Of a DNA stretch of 64,000 nt, positions 59,484 through 64,000 are shown one piece after another. The position numbers were made by a program, and so were the translations under genes. Positions within the stretch are counted from its first letter, which is position 1. Each line of letters opens with the position of its first letter. Below the pieces are notes generated by a model. It made no database searches, was not told where the DNA came from, and saw only the letters and a list, made by a program, of their open reading frames with translations. Origin of the DNA: Candidatus Bathyarchaeia archaeon. Lineage in GTDB: Archaea > Thermoproteota > Bathyarchaeia > Bathyarchaeales > Bathycorpusculaceae. The DNA is taken from the NCBI GenBank assembly GCA_038883795.1, contig JAVZLK010000004.1:1-64000 (forward strand). Direction: 5' to 3'.

Positions 59484-62291
59484 ATGATTTTTAACACAAT
59501 AGAAGGTCTATTGGATAAAAGAAGGATGGTGATTAAAACGTCAAAGCCATGGCATGCGATGGAAATTGAAGAAACTTTAAAGGCTTTGAACACTTCGGAG
59601 AATGGCTTAACCCAAGAGGAAGTGCAAAAGCGCCTACAAGAATATGGACCTAATGAGCTTAAGAAGGAGAAGGGAATATCGCCAATAAGGCTTTTCATAG
59701 AACAGTTTACAGACATACTTATCATAATATTGCTAATTGCCACAGGGCTCTCCATATACTTAGGCGAAATTACCGATGCCATCGTCATAATCGCCATCGT
59801 CCTAGCCTGCGCAATTCTGGGTTTTGTAGAAGAATACCGTTCGGAAAAAGCTTTAGAAGCATTAAAGAAGATGACGGCGCCGACAGCCATGGTTTTAAGG
59901 GATGGAAAAGAGGTTAAGGTTCAAGCAAGCGAAATCGTTCCAGGCGACATAATCCTATTATATACAGGCGACAAGGTTCCGGCTGACGCCAGACTTATTG
60001 AGGCAATCAACCTAAAAATGGATGAAGCACCATTAACCGGAGAGTCCACACCCGTAAACAAGAGTGTGGATCCCTTACCTGAAGAAACTGGGCTTCCTGA
60101 AAGGCGAAATTTTGTTTTTACTGGAACGGCTGTTGTTTATGGGCGTGGGAAAGCTGTTGTTACTTCAACTGGAATGAACACTGAGTTTGGAAAAATAGCT
60201 AAAATGGTTCAAGTAACAGAAGAGGAGGAGACTCCTCTTGAAAAGCGTATGGCTTCTGTTGGGAAATGGATTGGAATTTTATGCATAGCCGTTTGCCTAA
60301 CGGTAGCAGGCATAGGTATAGCGGAAGGACGCAATCCTCTTGACATGATTTTGTGGGGTGTAAGCCTTGCTGTTGCTGCAGTTCCAGAAGCATTACCCGC
60401 CATAGTAACAGGCGCCCTCGCTGTTGGCATGTACCGCATGGCTAAGGTAAACACAATCGTCAGGAGACTTCCAGCTGTTGAAACATTGGGATGTACAAGC
60501 GTCATCTGCGCCGACAAAACTGGAACAATGACCAAAGGCGAAATGACTGTTCAAAGGATATACGTAAATGACCAAACAATCAAAGTTTCAGGAGTAGGCT
60601 ACGAACCACAAGGCGAATTCATATTCGAAGACAAAAAATTGGATCCAGCACAAGAAGAGGAACTTGTGGCGCTTTTAAAGATTTCAGCGTTGTGCAATGA
60701 TGCAAAGTTGGAAAAGGAAAAAGAAAGTGGGAGATGGATAATTAAAGGCGATCCCACAGAGGGAGCTTTGGTTGTTGCTGCAGCCAAGGCTGGATTATGG
60801 AAAGAAGAATTGGAAAAAGAAACTCCAAGGATAGGTGAGGTTCCGTTTTCTTCTGAAAGAAAACGCATGACCACCGTTCACTTTACATCTAAAAAGAAAA
60901 TGGCTTTCATGAAAGGAGCACCTGAAATAGTTTTGGAAAAATGCACAAGGATTCTTTCAAAGGGAAAAGTGCGCAAAATAACAGAAGAGGACAAAGAAAA
61001 AATACTGAAAGTAAACGAAGCTATGGCAATGCAAGCATTGAGAAATTTGGGCTTCGCCTACAAGGAATTGCCAGAATCTGCAACAAGTTTTGATGAGAAA
61101 ATTGAGAATGATATGACTTTTGTTGGAATAATGGGGATGATTGACCCTCCAAGGGAAGAAGTGAAGGATGCAATTTCGCTTTGCAGAAACGCCGGAATCA
61201 AGGTTGTTATGGTAACTGGTGACCACAAACTTACTGCGGTTGCTGTGGCAAAAGAACTCAACTTAATAGGCGAAAATGAATCGTCGAGTCAAGTGCTTAC
61301 TGGTCAAGAGTTGGACAAAATAAGTGATGAACAGCTAACCCAAATGGTTGAAAACGTTGTGATTTATGCTCGTGTTTCGCCTGAACATAAAATGAGGATT
61401 GTTAAGGCTTGGAAAGCGAAAGGATATGTTGTTGCAATGACTGGTGACGGCGTAAACGATGCACCAGCCCTAAAATTGTCAGACATAGGTGTCGCCATGG
61501 GAATCACGGGTACAGAAGTAACGAAAGAAGCTTCAGACATGGTTTTAACAGATGACAATTTTGCATCAATTGTTAAGGCTGTCAAAGAAGGACGCGAAAT
61601 CTATGATAACATAAAGAAATACTTAACCTATTTGCTCCGATGCAACGTTATGGAAATCCTCGTAATGTTCATAGTAATGGTAAGCGTTCCGTACTTGGCA
61701 GGTTCAGCCTATCAAGTAGGCGAAGATCCGAAACTTTCTCCAACAGTTGCCTTGACCGCAATACAGCTTTTATGGGTTAATTTGACAACGGATGGTTTAC
61801 CAGCCTTAGCCTTGGGGATAGATCCAGGCGATCCAGATTTGATGGAAAGGAAACCTAGAGATCCAAATGAGAGCGTTTTCACACGCGACGTTAAACTATA
61901 TCTGACATTAGTGCCCATTCTAATGACTGTGCTGCTTCTATACGGCTATTTTATGCATCAACCGTGGTTAGGCGAATACAACTTGCTTGAGGCTAGGACG
62001 CAGTTGCTTACGGCCATGATCTTAATGGAGTTGGCAAATGCCATATCCGCCCGTTCACTAAAATATACCGTATTCAAAGTAGGTGTCTTCAAAAACAAGT
62101 TCCTTTGGGTTGCAATTCTCTCATCTTTAGGACTTCAACTAATGGTTCTTTACACACCAGTTCTTCAAGACTTGTTTGATGTGCACGCTCCAGAACCCAT
62201 AGACTGGGCAATCGCAATATTATTTACAGCAATAGTCTTCGGCTCGTTAGAAATAGGAAAGTATGTTGCAAGTAAGAAACGGAAGGCGTAA
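59484..62291 (+). CDS. P-type (IIA, Ca2+-like) cation-transporting ATPase
   Basis: TGES, VPEALP, DKTGT, KGAPE, TGDGVND; the likely start is ATG 59526. Confidence 0.95.
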   Translation: MIFNTIEGLLDKRRMVIKTSKPWHAMEIEETLKALNTSENGLTQEEVQKRLQEYGPNELKKEKGISPIRLFIEQFTDILIIILLIATGLSIYLGEITDAIVIIAIVLACAILGFVEEYRSEKALEALKKMTAPTAMVLRDGKEVKVQASEIVPGDIILLYTGDKVPADARLIEAINLKMDEAPLTGESTPVNKSVDPLPEETGLPERRNFVFTGTAVVYGRGKAVVTSTGMNTEFGKIAKMVQVTEEEETPLEKRMASVGKWIGILCIAVCLTVAGIGIAEGRNPLDMILWGVSLAVAAVPEALPAIVTGALAVGMYRMAKVNTIVRRLPAVETLGCTSVICADKTGTMTKGEMTVQRIYVNDQTIKVSGVGYEPQGEFIFEDKKLDPAQEEELVALLKISALCNDAKLEKEKESGRWIIKGDPTEGALVVAAAKAGLWKEELEKETPRIGEVPFSSERKRMTTVHFTSKKKMAFMKGAPEIVLEKCTRILSKGKVRKITEEDKEKILKVNEAMAMQALRNLGFAYKELPESATSFDEKIENDMTFVGIMGMIDPPREEVKDAISLCRNAGIKVVMVTGDHKLTAVAVAKELNLIGENESSSQVLTGQELDKISDEQLTQMVENVVIYARVSPEHKMRIVKAWKAKGYVVAMTGDGVNDAPALKLSDIGVAMGITGTEVTKEASDMVLTDDNFASIVKAVKEGREIYDNIKKYLTYLLRCNVMEILVMFIVMVSVPYLAGSAYQVGEDPKLSPTVALTAIQLLWVNLTTDGLPALALGIDPGDPDLMERKPRDPNESVFTRDVKLYLTLVPILMTVLLLYGYFMHQPWLGEYNLLEARTQLLTAMILMELANAISARSLKYTVFKVGVFKNKFLWVAILSSLGLQLMVLYTPVLQDLFDVHAPEPIDWAIAILFTAIVFGSLEIGKYVASKKRKA

Positions 62292-62357
62292 CCGGAAAAG
62301 CATATATCCCTAACCCATTTTTATGTAAGGCTTTCACAACAAAAGAAGGATTAAAGC

Positions 62358-63011
62358 ATGAGTGAAAAAACTGCAAATCCAGCTCCGCTTGGGCTTTTAG
62401 GCTTTGGAATGACAACGATCCTCCTAAACTTTGTCCACAACGCCCGCTTAGGACCAGTTGACGGCATGATTCTTGGAATGGGGATATTCTACGGCGGTTT
62501 AGCCCAAATTATTGCTGGCATATTAGAATATAAGAAGGGCAACACTTTCGGCACAACAGCCTTCACATCCTATGGACTATTCTGGCTATCCTTCGTAGCC
62601 CTAAACTGGCTTGGAACAGCTAACGTGGCAGCGATGGGCGTATGGCCATTCTCTTCTTACGGACCAGCTATACCACAATACACTACGCCTTGGCTTGTCA
62701 GTCAAGAAGCCTTTATGGCTTATTTCTTCATGTGGGGACTTTTCACTTTTATCATGTTTTTCGGCACTCTAAAAACCAATAGGGCATTACAATTCGTTTT
62801 CCTAAGCCTCGCAATCCTATTCTTCCTCCTCGCAGCCAAATCTGCGCTTCTAGCCTACACATCTCTTACATCAGCAGACTTGGAATTGTTTACACGCATA
62901 ATTGGGGTTGAAGGCATAGTCTGCGGATTAAGCGCCTTCTACTTGGGTTTAGCAGAAATCCTAAACGAAGCCCATGGAAGAACAGTATTGCCAATATGCC
63001 CAGTAAGCTAA
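62358..63011 (+). CDS. satP: Acetate uptake transporter (GPR1/FUN34/YaaH)
   Basis: [27 protein letters not shown]. Confidence 0.93.
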   Translation: MSEKTANPAPLGLLGFGMTTILLNFVHNARLGPVDGMILGMGIFYGGLAQIIAGILEYKKGNTFGTTAFTSYGLFWLSFVALNWLGTANVAAMGVWPFSSYGPAIPQYTTPWLVSQEAFMAYFFMWGLFTFIMFFGTLKTNRALQFVFLSLAILFFLLAAKSALLAYTSLTSADLELFTRIIGVEGIVCGLSAFYLGLAEILNEAHGRTVLPICPVS

Positions 63012-63130
63012 ACTTTTTTGCCCCTTTTATTTTTGATATAAACCAACAATAATTCCATATTTTCCTAACCTAAACCTATAAATATGGTAAATAATTTTTG
63101 TAAAGAAAATCCTCAAAAGGTGAAATGAAA

Positions 63131-64000
63131 ATGTCCAAGGAAGGAATAGAAGTCTACAAAGAATTTGAAGCTAACATAATTCCGCCCAGTTGGAAAGACC
63201 GTGTATGGGATAAAAGCGACTTTAAAAAATGGTATGAAAGCACGGTAAACAATAAAAAAGCCATGGAGGAATGGTGGGAAAAGTGGGCGAACGAAATTTT
63301 CTGGTTCAAGAAATGGGACAAAGTGTTGGATGACAGCAACCCCCCATTTTACAGGTGGTTTGTGGGTGGAGAAACAAACCTAGCCTATTTGGACACGGAC
63401 TGGCAGATTGAACAGGGAAGAAAGAACAAGCTGGCTCTGATTTGGGAAGGTGAACCATGGGATGAAACCCTTGAACAGCCAAAAGAGGTTAGAAAATTCA
63501 CATATTATGACCTATACAGAGAATCCAACGTAATCAGCCACGCCCTAAAAGAGAAACTCGGCGTCAAAAAGGGCGAAATAGTGACATTATATTTGCCCAT
63601 GATTCCAGAACTACCCTTCTACATGCTTGCCCTCCAAAGACTTGGAGCAAAACACAGCGCGGTCTACAGCGGTTTTAGTGCTGATGCTTTAGCCACAAGA
63701 GCCATGGATGCAGGTTCAAGAATAATCGTCACTGCTGACGGATTTTATAGAAGAGGGAGAATAATTAGCCTTAAACCAATAGTGGATGAAGCCCTAAAAA
63801 TATGCGCACAAAGCGGCGTTAAAATAGAAAAGGTTATAGTGGTTAGAAGGGCTGGCAATGAAATACCTTGGAATACCCAAATAGACGTTTGGCATCATGA
63901 ACTGATAAAGGATGTGCCAAAAAATGTGAAGGTTCCAGCTGAAAGATGCGGCTCAGAAGATTTCTCCTATATCCTCTACACTTCTGGCACAACAGCCGCA
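63131..64000 (+). CDS. acs: AMP-forming acetyl-CoA synthetase (partial, runs off window)
   Basis: Manual translation: WFKKWDKVLDDSNPPFYRWFVGGETN, ALIWEGE, YLPMIPE, VYSGFS, TADGFYRRG, ILYTSGTT. Confidence 0.93.
   Translation, partial: MSKEGIEVYKEFEANIIPPSWKDRVWDKSDFKKWYESTVNNKKAMEEWWEKWANEIFWFKKWDKVLDDSNPPFYRWFVGGETNLAYLDTDWQIEQGRKNKLALIWEGEPWDETLEQPKEVRKFTYYDLYRESNVISHALKEKLGVKKGEIVTLYLPMIPELPFYMLALQRLGAKHSAVYSGFSADALATRAMDAGSRIIVTADGFYRRGRIISLKPIVDEALKICAQSGVKIEKVIVVRRAGNEIPWNTQIDVWHHELIKDVPKNVKVPAERCGSEDFSYILYTSGTTAA

Overview
Archaeal chromosomal segment. Gene content and style (PorABCD, TasA/SipW-like operon, PEF-CTERM surface proteins, GGTGA ribosome-binding sites) suggest Bathyarchaeia, which is an inference. 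Positions 1-25385 are accessory: two mobile elements flank a tRNA-Ser(GCT). The left one (1-7357, integrase not in window) has virus/plasmid-like small genes, RHH regulators and a type II restriction-modification pair. The right one (~18 kb, 7433-25385) is bounded by a 14-bp direct repeat of the tRNA 5' end. It carries a tyrosine integrase plus defence-like cargo: a type IIG RM enzyme, a PLD nuclease, an SF2 helicase with a metallophosphoesterase, and a sacsin-like GHKL ATPase/DUF3883 nuclease. Positions 25.6-31.1 kb hold a SipW/TasA-like filament operon, followed by a stand-alone NurA(wHTH)-HerA pair. The rest is core-like: PFOR, a Grs/Gms-like radical SAM, pyrBI, a catalytically dead wHTH-NrdD fusion, feoAB/DtxR, an ABC exporter, an epimerase, GlpX, a frameshifted beta-helix surface protein, H+-PPase, a P-type ATPase, an acetate permease and the start of acetyl-CoA synthetase. 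There are five tRNAs. No CRISPR array or rRNA was seen. All calls come from motif reading by eye; no database searches were run.
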